A stretch of DNA of 53,770 nucleotides, counting the filler, from Jimgerdemannia flammicorona (taxonomy: Eukaryota), in the NCBI GenBank assembly GCA_003990765.1. It is 2 parts of 2 records of this genome, joined end to end, with 100 filler letters (N's around TTAATTAATTAA, not from the genome) between each part and the next. Parts side by side here need not be neighbours in the genome. Positions count along the whole stretch, not along the records: positions 1 to 26,847 come from RBNJ01000690.1; 1 more part is not named here. One strand, given 5' to 3'. The position numbers were made by a program, and so were the translations under genes. This document shows, piece by piece, positions 1 to 13,143 of the stretch (positions within the stretch are counted from its first letter, which is position 1; each line of letters opens with the position of its first letter). The notes under the pieces were generated by a model. That model did not search any database. It saw nothing but the letters and a program-made list of their open reading frames with translations, and was not told the DNA's origin.

Positions 1-3000
1 TTTTTTTTTTATAGTCTCTCAGACTTTGCCATTTATTATACTCTCATCTATATATATATTATTACACAATACCCCCCCTATCCTATCACAAGGGATTCTC
101 TTACCCTTATTCTTTACTCATGAAATATCAAATTCCAATACCACAATTCTCCCTCCACTCCTCACTACAATCCACCTCACTAGCTCCTTCCAGCTCCCCC
201 CCTTGGGCCCCCACCTCACCCACCATCTATTCAGTAACTCCAGCATCAACCACTCTCACCTTACCTCCCTCATTTCAATTGCTGATCTGGGGCCCTCCTT
301 AAAGACACTCCACTAATTATTTAGTGAGTCCAATCTACATAGCTATTGCCTACCCAACTGTCAGCCACTCATTACCCACTCTCCCTATCAATTATGACTG
401 CAGGATAGCCCACCTTCTACCACCCCTTAGCACTGGAGCCTCTACCCCAGCCTTCTTTCAATCCTATTCCAGAAAATCTCCAGACTCTCACACTCTCCCA
501 GTCAATGTTCCAAAGTCTGAATCACCCTGCCCTCCTACCCTATGTTGAAGCATTCCTTATAATCAAAGGTACCACCCTCAATCAGATGCCCCAACCAGAA
601 GTTCAGCATCACATTTCGCCTTAAGAACCTCCACTATACCACTCAGAACTTTGGCAGGAGCCACCTTATCACTATCTTATTCTACAACCAGATGCCAGCC
701 CAGTTCCATCCTTCACCAATACTGACCCCCTGCCAGGTCTCAGGCCAGAGGTCTCTCCTCTGCCCTTCCAAATATTTCATTCCATTCTCTAGACTGAAGT
801 CCTCCATCTGACTACCTCTTAACAGAAGGCAATATTACCTCCACATTCTCAGTCTCTAGTTCTCCTCTCTCTCTTTGCCCCTCCACCAGATGTCAATACA
901 ATAGGCTCCATCAACCATGCCCCATTAGAATCCTTTATAGCACATCCTTCAGCTCCCCTCCAGTGCTACTAAAGAGAGTAAGTTACCAGAACCTCCCCTG
1001 AGCACCACTCATATCTCTCACAGATATTGCATAAGGGGTACCCATTCTTTCCCCCTCAGCTCTCCAGCCCTTCTCAACCACCATACCCTTAAGCAATGTA
1101 GGTACTTGGTAAAGTCTACCAAACTAAGCCCTCTATGATCCACCAGAATTATCAATATCTCCTATCCAATCTGGCTTTATCTCTTAGTCCAGAGCTATGA
1201 TTGGGCTATCTTTAGAAGTCTCTTAACCATCTACATCAGAAAGTCAAGATAGTAACTGAGGTACCATAGCTTTGGCATCCAGTATACATTCAGCACCATT
1301 ACTCTTCCTACTAGAAATATATGTTGACCTTCCCAGCTCACTAACACCTTACTCCATTCCACCAGCTTTTATTCCTACTACTTTTTGAAAAGTAAGGATC
1401 CATATACTGAGAAATAGATTCCAAGATACCAGACTACCTCTCTCATAGAGACAATTGTTCCAATGATGTCCCCCCCTACTACCCCTGTACCAAGCACTAT
1501 TGTCTCACATTTATACCAGTTGAGCTTCACTCCAGAGTATCTCTTATACTATTCCACCACCCCCTTCAGTGCTACCACATCCTCCACTGATCCCAGTCTA
1601 ACTACTATATTATCTGCAAAGACCCCAATCTTCCAATTGACCCTGAAATATCCAAACCTCCTACTTTATATCTGATCCTATCTAGTAGTGGTTCCAAAGT
1701 GAGGACATAAAGAATAAGTAAGAGTGGGTCCCCCTGCAGCACCTCTCTTCCAAGGGGAAAAGAGACTCCCCTATAGTCATTAGCCAAGATAGATACTCTA
1801 CTCCCCTCTAGTAGTCTAATAATAGAGTTTTATACTCTCAGTATCACTCCAATATGCCTTAGTACTATGTTAAGCCATACTCTCTGAACCCTGTCATAGG
1901 CTTTCTCCTGATTCAAGAATACTAAACAGCTATTTACTCCTATAGTTCTTACTCTCTCAATAACCCCATAGACTTAAGCAGTACCATCTCTGATATAGTG
2001 ACCCCCCACAAATCCCCTCTACTCCTTCTCTAATACTTGTTGAGCTACTCTCTGCAATCTGACCACCAGAATCTTTATTACTATCTTGCAGTCTATGTCT
2101 AAAAGCATAATCAGCCTCTAGTTTTTCCAGTCCTCTCTCCTTCCTTTATCTTTGTACAACAAAGTCACCAGCCCTAACTGCTGTCTCTCTAATCTATGCT
2201 TCAGAACCAATGACCTCATCATATATCTGTACCATCTCCTCCAACATCTCCTCCACTACTGCCATCTTCTTCCAAAAGTTCTATAGTAATCTATCTTCTC
2301 CAGGAGCAGTATTCAGACTCATTGAAGCTAGGACCTGGAGGATTTCCTCCTACTATACTGATACTCCAAGTTCTGCCAGCCCCAATGCCAGAGCCAGGTG
2401 CCACTCTTCCAGATATCATTCAATGTCTGACACATCCTCCCCACTCTCCTCCTCACTCCAGAGTCTTCTTCAATAGCTACTCAGCTATTCTAGTATACCT
2501 TGTACCCTCACTGCCATCTTGCCATCCTCATTTAATACTCCATCCCACCTATGCCATACTCTCCTTGCTCTGAGAAGCCTTGATAGAAACTTGGTGGGTC
2601 TCTCTCCTTTCTCCAGTCCTTACCATCTCAGCCTAGTCACCATTGCCTATATCTGCACCTCCTCCTCTCTTTTCAGTAAGTTCTATAGCTTGGCCACCTC
2701 TAGCTTAGCTTCCCTGCCTATCATAACAGTAGTTTTTCAAACCACTGAGATATCCACTAGACACTCCTATGCCTCTGAGCACTCTGTGCCTTCCCTGCCT
2801 CTCTCCAAAAATACTGTACCTCAGACTTCAGTCTATACCACTGGTCTCCAATGGTCAGGCCAACCTCCTTCCATACTATAATCTGGGACTTAATTCTTCT
2901 CTCTCATGAATTCCACAGAGCAGCCTCATCTAATAGAGAGGAGTTTAGGTGCCAATGTCCAGGTCCTTCCTCACTTTCTCCAAACCTCCCTCTTCTCTGG

Positions 3001-3497
3001 ACACCCCAATGATCTGACCAGGGGTACTATTCCACCTCTACCCTCTCCCAGACTATCTCCCCCCAGCACTTTGCAGTCAAAATTCAATCAATCCTAAAGC
3101 CTAGCCCTTCTGCCCAATACATATATATCTGATGGTTTATATCTTATAACCTCACAGTATCCACCAGATCACCAAGTCTCTCAATCTCCTCTCAGTCCAC
3201 CATCTCTCTACTTTTCTCTGATATTCCCCTTCCTCCATCTGTCCTGTCTAGTCTGCAATCTCAAACTATATTAAAGTCCCCACCCAGATAGTCTACCCTA
3301 GCCCCCACCAGAGTATCAGAGTTCTACAATCTCCATATCCATTCCACCCTAGCCCCTCTCTCTATTGGGCAGTAACAAAAACTTATAACTATATTGTCCC
3401 AGCCCAGTCTCTGCTATGACCCCCATACCAATCTGCTCTCCTAATGTCCAATGTCCATAATGACCCTCTTCCCCCTCCTAATAAATATTTCCACCTT
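1..3497 (-). mobile_element. L1/Tx1-clade LINE copy A, 3' part (ORF2 EN C-terminal half, RT, 3' end, poly-A), degenerate
   Basis: Poly-T at 1-10, with an AATAAA signal ~25 nt upstream on the minus strand. Minus-strand RT remnants (GREVLQGDPLLLILY, LEPLLDRI, EKAYDRV). Homologous to copies B and C. Many TAG/TGA stops. Cut at 3497 by the hAT. Confidence 0.92.
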
Positions 3498-3504
3498 TAG
3501 TACT

Positions 3505-3795
3505 CTGAATGAGTCAATTCGAATCAAATCTGGATTCAATTCATCACATGATGGTTTGATCTGAATCTCAAATCTGAAGCCATCTGAATCAACTCGGATT
3601 AATCTGAATCACCCCATCTGAATCACTCTATCCGAATCACCCATCTGAACTACCCCAATCCAAATCACTCAATCTGAATCACTCAATCCAAATCACTCAA
3701 TCTGAATCCTCCAATTCAAATCCTCCAATTTGAATCCTTCAATCCAAATCCTTATCTGAATCCTTCAACTGAATCCTCTAATTCAAATCCTCCAC
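3505..3795. repeat. hAT left subterminal repeat array (CTGAATC/CCAAATC/CCGAATC units)
   Basis: Many short units of the C(C/T)(G/A)AATC type directly inside the left TIR, as expected for hAT transposase-binding arrays. Confidence 0.8.
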
Positions 3796-5531
3796 ATGAC
3801 TCATATACCAGATGCATCTATAATACAATATATACACATACATATATAATACATATACACACATATACATATATATGTAAACATACAAATATACATATTG
3901 ACAGATCAGTCTTCAATAGTTCACAGTACTGATGATGCTTCAAGTCAAATATCTCTGATAGTTCCACACCTTCTACACAATCCTTGTTCCAAAATCTGGC
4001 AATATTGTGCTAAGATGGGAGATGATGTTGTTTGTAATTATTGCAGATAAAAAATTAAGATACACCTATTGACACTTTTTGTTTGTTTTGATACACACAT
4101 GATATTATTTCATCTACCCCCATAAACTGTATCAGCCAGAAGTTCAAAATGCTTGGGGGTATGACTTTGAACATGAATTGATACATAAAAGACAAGTACT
4201 CTGACAAAATCAAAAAGAATATAGAGACTAATAAAATCGACATCCAAGCTGTGGTGGGTACATTTATCTGATTGCCTGACCATTTCTGTACCAATAACGC
4301 TGTTTAATCAAAAATATTTAGCCATACTCTTTGGCAGAATTTCGAAATCGGCTCATTCACTAGATTATATGTACAGACCAACCATTCACAATCATCAAGA
4401 GTGATCAATTGCATAGCATCTTTGGCCTCCTCAAGCATGATTTATATTTGCCAAGTACTGATACTATTTGCAAAGATATCCTGGAGGCCTATAGGAAGGA
4501 GCACAACAATCTCTACCAGACACTTTAGATAAAATAAGGGCAGCACCATGATCTTTGCAAGCTGAATTACATATATAAAAGAGCTCACCAATTTAACCTC
4601 ATATTCAATAAGCAGAATTCGGTAGGCAAAATTTCATTTACAATCGACACATAGACATCCCCCAATGCAATTTCATTTCTGGACATTACTGGTCATTGGA
4701 TTGATCTCAATTGGCAGCTTAAATCTCTCACCCTTGACTTCATCAAACTTGCTGGCCCTCATTCTGGAGACAATATTGCAGATACTTTTATTAGTTGTAT
4801 CTAGGAGCTTGGAATCACAACCAAGGTAAAAAAGGGGGGCTTGCCATTAGGTTGGCATTTTGAGGGAGGTCCTAAAACAAACCAGATTTTATTAGTTATT
4901 TATTTTTACATAAATTTACTGACCAAATATTTCAAGTACAGATTTTGGCCATTACAATGGACAATGCCACAAACAACTCAACATTTTTCAAAGTTTTAGC
5001 AGCTAGCCTCAAATAGGAAAATATGGCCTTTAGTACAGAAAGCTGTTATATATAATGCTAGGCCCACATACTGAACCTTGCTGTTCAGGACTATCTTATG
5101 TATATAGACAAAACATCTGAGAGAGGAGAGGTCCTGAGTATAATTTCCAAGCTGCACAATCTGATTGTGTCAGTCTGATCATCCCTACAACAATGAGACA
5201 AATTTGCTGCACAGTGTAGGGCAATCAGTTTAGCCCTGAAAGAGCTTATATTGGATGTCTATATGCATTGGAACTCAACATTTGCAATGATTCAGTGTGC
5301 ACTGGAATTTGCTGTAGTATGTGTCCTTTTTTTCTTCAGTCGGCTGAAGCAACTTGTTTTGGATGATTGAAGATTTATTTAAAAAAAAAAACAAAAAAAG
5401 CCAATAGATTCAACAGTGGCTGCCGACAAGGAAATATAGGCCAATGATGGCCCTTTCTCCAGTAACATTCAGGTTATACAATCTTTTGGCAACACTTTCG
5501 ACACAGTTTCTGGAGAAAAGCTACTAGTATC

Positions 5532-7541
5532 ATGGCAACCAATGAGCATCCAGAGGTGCATACTGGGCAGGGTGGCCCTGGAGCATTTGAATGGCAGCAA
5601 GTGGGGAGAGGCCCCAGCTTGGGGGGAAGTATGAGGGACCTGCTGGCAGGAGGCCGTGGTAGAGGAGAGAGTGGAGCTAGAGGTCAAGAGTCTGACAGGG
5701 TGAGCTTTGCAGAGAAGGTGAAGGGGGGTCAGCAGGGAGCTGGACTGGAGAGCTGGCTGAGAGGGGGGAAGGTACCAGTAAAGGCTACCAGACAGCAACC
5801 TCTTGGGGGTTCCTCTCTGGAGGGCCATAGGGGTGGAGCTAGAGGGGTAGTGGCTGGGGCGGGGACTGCTGATGGGGGTGTGACAAGCAATCTGGAAAAA
5901 AATCTAGATGGCAGTAGAAAGGGCATGAGGCCCGGGGACCTGGCAGATGGTGTAATGGGACTGGTGGTAGCTCCATTACTCAAGAAATCAATCTTGGCAT
6001 TCGCAGTCACACTGTACTTCCAGGGCTTAGCAGTGATGGCAAAAATGGTATTGGGGCTTATCGCTAAGCAGGTGGTAGAAGCAGCTTCAGTAAAGTTTCT
6101 GAAGGGGCTGGAGGGGGTGGAGGTGGGTTTTGAGGATGTTGAACTGCTGGAGGAGGCACTGAAGATTGGGTTGGTGGTTGGGGAGGTGTGTGTTCTAATG
6201 GCAAGGTGTTTGAAATGGGATCTGAGGGTGGTCCAACTGCTGGTGATAGAAGTACCCATGGTGACAGCAATGGAGATGAGGAAGAGAGTGGAGAATGTCA
6301 TGGCAGAGTACAGAGAGGTGGTGGATATCAGATTCAGGGTCTGGGAAGGAACTATGCTCAGGACTGGGGACGTGGATGTGAGGATTCAGCTGGCTGGGAA
6401 AGAGGCTACTGGGAAGATGAGGGACTAGCCTTTGGTGATGGTTTGGGGAGCATTCCTGTGCAAGGTGATGTGGGTGAAAGGAAGTGAAGAAGAGGAGGAA
6501 GATTTATTGGAAGTGCTAGAGGAGCTGGATGGGGCTGTGGAATGGCGAGCTAAGGCCTAAAAGACTTTTGAGGAGTCAATGCACCTGGAGGTAGTGGATG
6601 GAAAGCAGATTTGAGTGAACAAGGTGCAGTGGGAAAAGGCTCAGGGGTGGAAGAGGCAGAAGGATCTGCTGGCTAAACTGGGGGGTGGACCACAGAAGGA
6701 TACAAGCATGAAGATGGGTGCAGAAGGGGCCAGTGCGAGTGTCTGGACTGGTGAGAGGAGTGGGAACAATGGGGCAAAGACAGAGAAGGCAAAAGAGGCA
6801 AAGATTAGCAACCCATATACTGATGACACCTTGGAGGTTTGGGAGGAAGTCTGGGAGAACTCCCCCACCCCTTCCCCTCTTATTAGGCATGGCCCAGCTT
6901 CCAGGCACAAGTCTGGGGAGGACGTGATGATGCTGGGGACCCAGCAGGTGAAATTCAGCATTCCAGAGGTAATGGATGGGGACCAAGTAGTGGTGGCTGG
7001 GGAGGAGGAACTGGTGGATGTCCCGGAGGTGTGGGATGAGGACATGAGTGCTGGAGCTGACACCACGATGCTGGACAGAGGGAGGCCAGCAATCCCTGGT
7101 GGAAAGGAGGTGGGGAACCTACTTTGGATATGCCGGATGATGAATAACCTGGTGGCAGAAGAGCTGGGGGAGGTGGACTTGCATGGGATGGATGACAAGC
7201 ACTGGATGAGAATTTTGCAGGGGGAAGGAGTGGTAATGGCGCTGAAGGCAGAAATTCTTGCAGTGTATCTGAAGGAGGAAGGATATGAGGTAGACAAGGA
7301 GAGGGAGGCAGAGTTGGCAGTTGTCGCTGGGGAGAAGGCTGAGTACTGTTGGAACAGGTGTCATAGGTTGCAGCTTTGGCAGGAGGCTTGCATCGAGTAC
7401 AGAGAGGAGTTTGAGGAGAAGGCTGATGAGGAGATGAATGAGCTGTTGGCTGGACTGGAGGCTCAGAGGGCTGAAGAGGAGGAGGTGATGGCTGAATATA
7501 ATCTGGACATGGCACAGGAGGAGATGGGTATGGAGCAGTAG
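5532..7541 (+). pseudogene. LINE B ORF1 (Gly-rich N-terminus, probable RRM-like middle, acidic C-terminus), with premature stops
   Basis: ORF pieces 5532-6428 and 6615-7541 align with ORF1 of copy C (RPGDLADGV..APLLKKS, FRVWEGT.LRTGDVDVRI). Confidence 0.8.
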
Positions 7542-7571
7542 GGATTGATTATGAACAAACTGTATTTCATT

Positions 7572-10500
7572 ATGAACAGTACAACCAACTTTTTTTCTTT
7601 GAACATGAATGGGCTAAGGGGTGCAGTTAGACACAGAAACATTTTTATCTGGTTGAAGGGATTGGAGGCTGATCTCTTCCTCTTGCAGGATGTCAGGTGC
7701 AAGGATGATTCTGATAAAATGGAATGGTCTAAGGAATGGAGTGGCATGGCGATTTGGAACAGCAAGGTTGGGATTCTGGTTCGGAAAGGCAGAGGGGAGA
7801 TAAGGGATATGAGGAGCTGGGGGGAGAGACTGGTCTGGGGTGAGTGGATTCATGCAGGTTGGGAGCCAGTCACCATTGGCTCTTGTTACTACCCTGCTGT
7901 GCAGGGGGAGCATGTGGATTGGGTGAAAGGGCTCCTGGAGAGTGGGATCCTTGCTGAAGCTGGGTTGGATATGCTAGGAGGAGATTTCAATATGGTTCGA
8001 GATGTACAGCTGGATAGAACTGATGAAGGATGGGGTGCTGAGAGCAGGAGTGGGGGGCTGGCGATGTGGGAGGAGGTCGAAAGGCTAGGAGCACTGGTGG
8101 ATGCTGGTAGAGAGTACTGGGGGGACAGGAGGGTATATATGCATTGGGCTGGAGGTCTGGGGATAAGGATTGACTGGATCCTGACAGCCAACTGTTGGGG
8201 CTGCGATGTTTGAAAGGTGCTAGAGATAGAATGGTGTCTGTGGTCAGATCACTGGGGCCTTTTGGGACAAGGGTGTTTTGGGGGAAGTGGTGATGGGTCT
8301 GGACATTAGCACCTAAACTCATCCTTGTTGGATGATGAGTCCCGGTGGGAGGAGTGGGCAAAAGACATTCAGCTGAAGGTGGCAAATTGGTGGCAGGAAG
8401 GGGCCACAATTGGGGTTCAGTGGATGAGGATGAAAGAGATGGCCAGGATGTATTGGAGCAAGGCTGGCAGAGTGGCTGGGAAGCAGCAAAGGTGGAGAGT
8501 ACATTGGGCTTCTACTAGATTGGCTAGGCTCCTGGAGGAGTGGGTGAGACTGGCAGTAGTGGAGAGAGAAGAGGATTGGAGAATAACAAGGGTGAAGATG
8601 AAGGTTGGGGAACTACAACAGGTGCTGCGGGAAGAGGAAGAGTCAAGGATGCAAGGCCTGGTGGCATGGCTTTGTTGGCAGGGGCTGGAGGAAGGAGAGA
8701 GGCCTTCCAAGTTTCTCACAAGGATGCTTTGAGTGAGAAGGGTACAGCAGCGGTGGAAAGGGGTACTTGATTTGGATGGTATACTAGTGCATGGTGTACA
8801 GGATATCCTTGGAACGCTGAAGGCATGATGGAGTAGATTGTAGAGTGAGGAGGAGAGTGGGGTGGATGCTACAGCCATTGACCAAACATTAGAAGATTGG
8901 CACCCACCACAAGCTGAGGGATTAGATGACCTGGTGATGCCTGTAAAGGAGGATGAGATCCACCAGGTTCTTGCCGCAACAGTCTCAGGTATGGTGCCTG
9001 GGGAGGATGGCCCCCCTGGGACTTCTGGAAGCAAATGGTTGGAGTTCCGGGCATGTTGGGGGAGTTGACAGCACTGTGCGACTCTATACTGCAGTCAGAG
9101 AGATGGGTGGGAGAGCAGGATCTTGGCCTGGTGATGCTGCTTTATAAGAACAAAGGAAGGCAAGAGGATTGGAAGAACTGGCAGCTGATAATGTTGCTAG
9201 ATATGGACAGAAAGTTGGTGACTAAGGTGGTGGTTGTAAGGCTACAGAAGGTAGCCCAGAAAATTGTAGGTGTTGAGCAGAGAGGCTTCATAGGGGGTCA
9301 GCTTATCAGAGATGGTACAGCCTGGGTATATAGAGTTATTGAAGGTGCTCGAGCCTGTGGACTGGATGGGCATCTTGTCTTCTTGGACCAGGAGAAGGCT
9401 TATGACCGGGTGTGGTGAGTCTGGCTGGCGAAATTATTAAATAGAATTGGGGTTCTGGTCCCATTTTAGTTGGCAATGGTCAGCCTACTGGAAAGGAGTA
9501 GGGCTGCACTTGTGTGTAATAGGCATAGAGGGGTAGCATTCCCTCTGAGTAGGGGAGTGCCCCAGGGGGACCCACTGTCCCCCATATTGTATGCTCTTTC
9601 TTTAGAACCCTAATGGACAGGATTAGGCAGAGGATAGTGGGGCTCTCTATCTATGGAGTTGGCTGGAAAGTTAGAGCCTTTGCAGATGACATGGTGGTTG
9701 GTTTGGGAGTGACTGCAGATGTCGAGGAGCTCAAGAAGACAGTGGAGTGGTATGAGGAGAATTCTGGGGTGAAGCTGAATTGGCACAAGTGCAAAACAAT
9801 GGTGCTGGGCAATGGCCTGGTGGGCGGAGAAGTTATTGGAACAATTGTCCCCACCGGAGAGGCAGTGCAGTACTTGGGCATCTATTTGGCAGTCTATGGG
9901 TCTGTTCTGCCCAGGTTGTGGTGGGAGCAGAGGATTGGAATTTGGGAGGAGGACCTGTGGAGTTGGGGGGGAAGACACTTCTCTGGCAGAAAGGATCTTA
10001 ATTTTGAATGTATACTGGCTGCCAAAGCTGTGGTACTTGGCTTATCATCTGGACTTCCCAGCCTGGGTGGTGAAGAGATTGGTGAGGGTGGCCAAGGGAT
10101 GGATTTGGGCTAGCAGACGGAGTCAGATTGGCTGGGAGACTCTGTCCCTACTGGTGGTAAGAGGTGGTCTTGGGCTGGTGGACTTCTCCAAAAGACTACA
10201 CTGCTTGAGGGCATGGTGGCTTAGGAGGGTGGTGGAGTTGCATGGAGGGGGCTGGGTTCCCCTGCTGCAGAAGGTATGGGAGAGGCGGACATCACCAAGA
10301 GGCTTGACCGGTGATCTTCTTTCATTAGTTGGGCTTTAGAACACTGTGCAACTGAGATATAAAGGCTTCTGGTGGGGGATAGCTGAGGGAGCACACCACA
10401 TTGATATTCACTGGCAAGGGGATGAGGGAGAGAGGGCTTGGGGCCCAGCAATGTGGAGATGGGATGGCATTCTTCTGGGAGGCATACCTTTACTTAAGTT

Positions 10501-11225
10501 CGATATTGGTGATGGAATCAAATGCCAAAGGGGACCAGGCCAGAATCTGTGGCCTAGTGGTTGGCAAGGAGTTGGAATTGGTGAGGAGTGGGACTGGCAT
10601 GGGGTTTGGACCTGGAGTACCACAGTGAAAAATTAGATGCCACCAAAGTACTGGGTGGTCTGGTGGTGTGTACTGAGGAGGAATGTGATGCTTAACTTCC
10701 ACTCAGAACACCTTGTTGTAGGGGGCTTCTTTGACTGTGAGGAGTGCTATAATGTAGGGCAGGAAGGGGGATTTGTACAGATGCCAGAACATTGGCTAGG
10801 AGAGTGTGAGGTGTTGGGAGGCTTTTGGCAGGCCATTGGGGACTGCTTGGGGGTAAGGCGTAGGGGTGATGATATACGGGGGAGGTGGGAGGACCTGAGG
10901 GATCGATTGATAGGAGGGGTAGGAGAGGAGTGGATTACTCTAGGCTGGGCATTGGCTATTTGGGTTGGGCTGGCCAGTCACTGGCTATTTGTATTTGAGG
11001 AGGAGAGGCGACAGAGCTTGGGGAGCAGGTTATCACAGTGGCAGTGCCTTATGAAGGATACCTTGATAGGCTGGTGGCTTGGTTGGGGGCTGCAGGGGGG
11101 TTGAAGGCATCGCTTGGTGGTGAAAATCTGTGGTCAGAGTGGTGGAAGAGTTGGAGTTGTTGGTGAGAGGGTGGTCTTTATACATGAAGAGGTGGGGAGG
11201 GGCCCCCCGATGGGGATCAGATAGT
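7572..11225 (+). pseudogene. LINE B ORF2: APE endonuclease, reverse transcriptase, C-terminal CCHC; stops and frameshifts; 3' end approximate
   Basis: FSLNMNGLR, LLQDVR, LGGDFN, RIDWIL, SDH, EGERPSKFL, NWQLIMLLDMD, LDQEKAYDRV, QGDPLSP, AFADD, SGVKLNWHKC, YLGI, GGLGL, CEEC..EHWLGEC. Confidence 0.93.
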
Positions 11226-11283
11226 GGGTGGTGATATTGTATACTTATTCATAGATTGGTAATAAAGACGGAGTCCAAGGAAC

Positions 11284-11323
<40 letters not shown>

Positions 11324-12522
11324 AAATACAGGCCAAGGCTCTAGGTGAAAGTGAGTGGGACATACTTAGGAATATTGTCAGAGTTTTGGAAGTAAGTAGT
11401 GATTGCTCTGGCTCTACACTCATTTTGTCTGCCTCTGCACAATACAATACCTCACCACATATAACTGCCAGTGTTTTGATAATTGTACGAAGGATATAGT
11501 CAAACAAACGACCCTGACAATAAGCTCAGCAATACCAGTATACAACCTTCTGATTGACTAGCTAGAGGACAAGCTCGAGGACAGGCTGGAGGGTTGCAGT
11601 GATTTATGGTTGAGCCTAGATCAGAGAGACACTGTGGAGATTGCTCTTAGCAAGCTCAGAAAGTACTACTCCCAAACAGATATCACTGTATACTCAATCA
11701 GTACAGGTATGTCAATGTCAGCATATGGCCATTGCCCCTTCCAAAACAGTGAAACCCCTACAAAAGCTCACTCTCTCCTCTTCTTCAAACAGTGCTGGAC
11801 CCATGCTTAAAGCTACAATACTATAAAGATCAGGGCTGGGAGCAGCACTTCATTGAGAGAACCAAGCAGGCCATAATCAAAGTATACTGAAAAAACTATG
11901 CACCACCACAAGGTTCTGGCTGAAGTCTGGACAAATATGCTGAGGGATCCCTCCTGTCCCACATTTACTTCAGCAGAAAGAGAAAGAGAGAGCTGTCAGT
12001 GGAAGAGCTGCTATCAATAGATAAACTTACCATTTACCTTGCTAGTGACCACATGATCCTGCTGGAGGGCATGAAGGTGCTCAACTGGTGGAAGGTGGGT
12101 TGTCAGGTGGGCATTGTCAGGTGGGTGTTGGGCCAATTTAACCCACCAATCTAACCACTGCTCTACCCACTAGGGCATGCAGCTGCATCAAACAGACTTC
12201 CCCAGCCTGTGTGGCATAGCTCAGAACTATCTAGCAATTCCTGCCTCCAGCACTCCCATCAAGCAGATGTTCTCAGGTGGGGTAGACCTCATTATCCCAA
12301 AGAGATATGTACTGAATGCTGAGACAATCCAGACATGTATATATCTGAAGTCTTGGTGGAGCTCAGGCCACTAAAATTTGGCAGGTCCTGGGGATTTGTG
12401 GATAAGTTGGTTGGCCTTGTGGAATATTTAATACCTTTCAAAAATAATAAAAAGGTAAAAAACCCTGAGGACTTGGCCCAGAGTTTGTGGCCCAAGTGGG
12501 CAGCAGAGTTGGTGGCAGTGGC

Positions 12523-13135
12523 AGAGGGAGTGCACAGTGTTTGCAGTTCTTTTCCAGTAGCAAGAGACAGCTCCAAGCTGTCAGTACCTGGGTCAGTGGG
12601 TGGGTTGGTAAAGGGAGCACACAAAATTTGCAGCCCTCTGCTGGCAGCAAGGAGCAGCCCCAAGCTACAAGTATCCCAGTTGGGGGGGTTGGTAGAGAGA
12701 GTATGCAAAACTTGTGGTTCTCCACCAGTAGCAAAGGGCAGCTCCAAGCTGTCAGTGCCTGGGTTGGTCAGCAGAGTTGGTGGGCATAGAGTCAGTAGAG
12801 GGAGTGTGCAAAATTTGTGGCCCTCCACTAGCAGCAAGGGGCAGCCCTGAGCCACAAGTGTCCAGAACAGGTAGGGCAGGTAGAGGGAGTATGCAAAACT
12901 TGTGGCCCTCTGCCAGCAGTGAGGAGCAGTCCCAAGCTGTCAGTGCCCAGGTCAGTCAGCGGGGTTGGAGGGTACAGGGTCAGCAGAGGGAGTATGCAAA
13001 ATTTGCAGCCCTCTGCTGGCAGCAAGGGGAAGCCTCGAGCCACAAGTATCTGGGATAGGTAGGGCAGGTAGAGGGAGCATGTAAAATTTGTAGCCCTCTA
13101 CCAGTAGTATAGGGGCAGCTCCAAGCTGCCAAGGA
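12523..13135. repeat. Tandem array of ~7 units (~84-102 bp, alternating A/B types) with a palindromic core, inside the hAT
   Basis: Recurrent GAGGGAGT(A/G)TGCAAAA(T/C)TTG(T/C)(G/A)GCCCTC..CAG(C/T)AGCAAGGG core; spacers alternate between a CAAGCTGTCAGTGCC type and a GAGCCACAAGT type. Confidence 0.85.
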
Positions 13136-13143
13136 GTCTGGGG

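Larger units (their letters stand above)
5451..11319 (+). mobile_element. Full-length L1/Tx1-clade LINE copy B
   Basis: 5' leader CCCTTTCTCCAGTAACATTCAGG, ORF1, ORF2, AATAAA, poly-A from ~11287. 17-bp TSD AAGGAAATATAGGCCAA (5428-5444) / AAGGAAATACAGGCCAA (11320-11336). Confidence 0.96.
3901..12374 (+). pseudogene. hAT transposase (BED finger, DDE core, C-terminal dimerisation domain), intron-containing, interrupted by LINE B; start position uncertain
   Basis: Hand translation: SKIWQYCAKMGDDVVCNYC (BED, ~3985-4045); GKISFTIDT*TSPN..GHWID..LKSLTLDF..GPHSGDNIA (~4625-4780); ILAITMDNATNN; C*AHILNLAVQD; LILDVYMHWNSTFAMI; KEIQAKALGESEWDIL across the LINE B junction; FPSLCGIAQNYLAIPASSTPIKQMFS..LKSWW (12177-12374). 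In-frame stops present. Confidence 0.92.

Noticed and set aside
3820..3900. TA/CA-rich microsatellite-like tract; also (GCCATT)n at 15333-15360 and 18-bp repeats at 13915-13970
   Set aside because: Simple low-complexity repeats. The GCCATT run encodes a Gly-Asn linker in exon 2 of the cargo gene, and the 18-mers lie in its intron 5.
5451..5531. Assignment of the LINE leader to HDV-like, hammerhead or twister ribozymes, or to a tRNA/snRNA
   Set aside because: GGCAAC and GAAA words occur, but the required cores and pseudoknots could not be built by eye. Kept only as an unassigned structured leader.
12292..13058. ORFs of 93-187 aa on both strands (e.g. 12335-12850, 12292-12855)
   Set aside because: They run through the tandem array, have repetitive translations, stay open in several frames and show no domain motif.
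12523..13135. CRISPR-like appearance (palindromic repeat plus spacers)
   Set aside because: Spacers alternate between two recurring types, repeats are degenerate, the context is eukaryotic and there are no cas genes.
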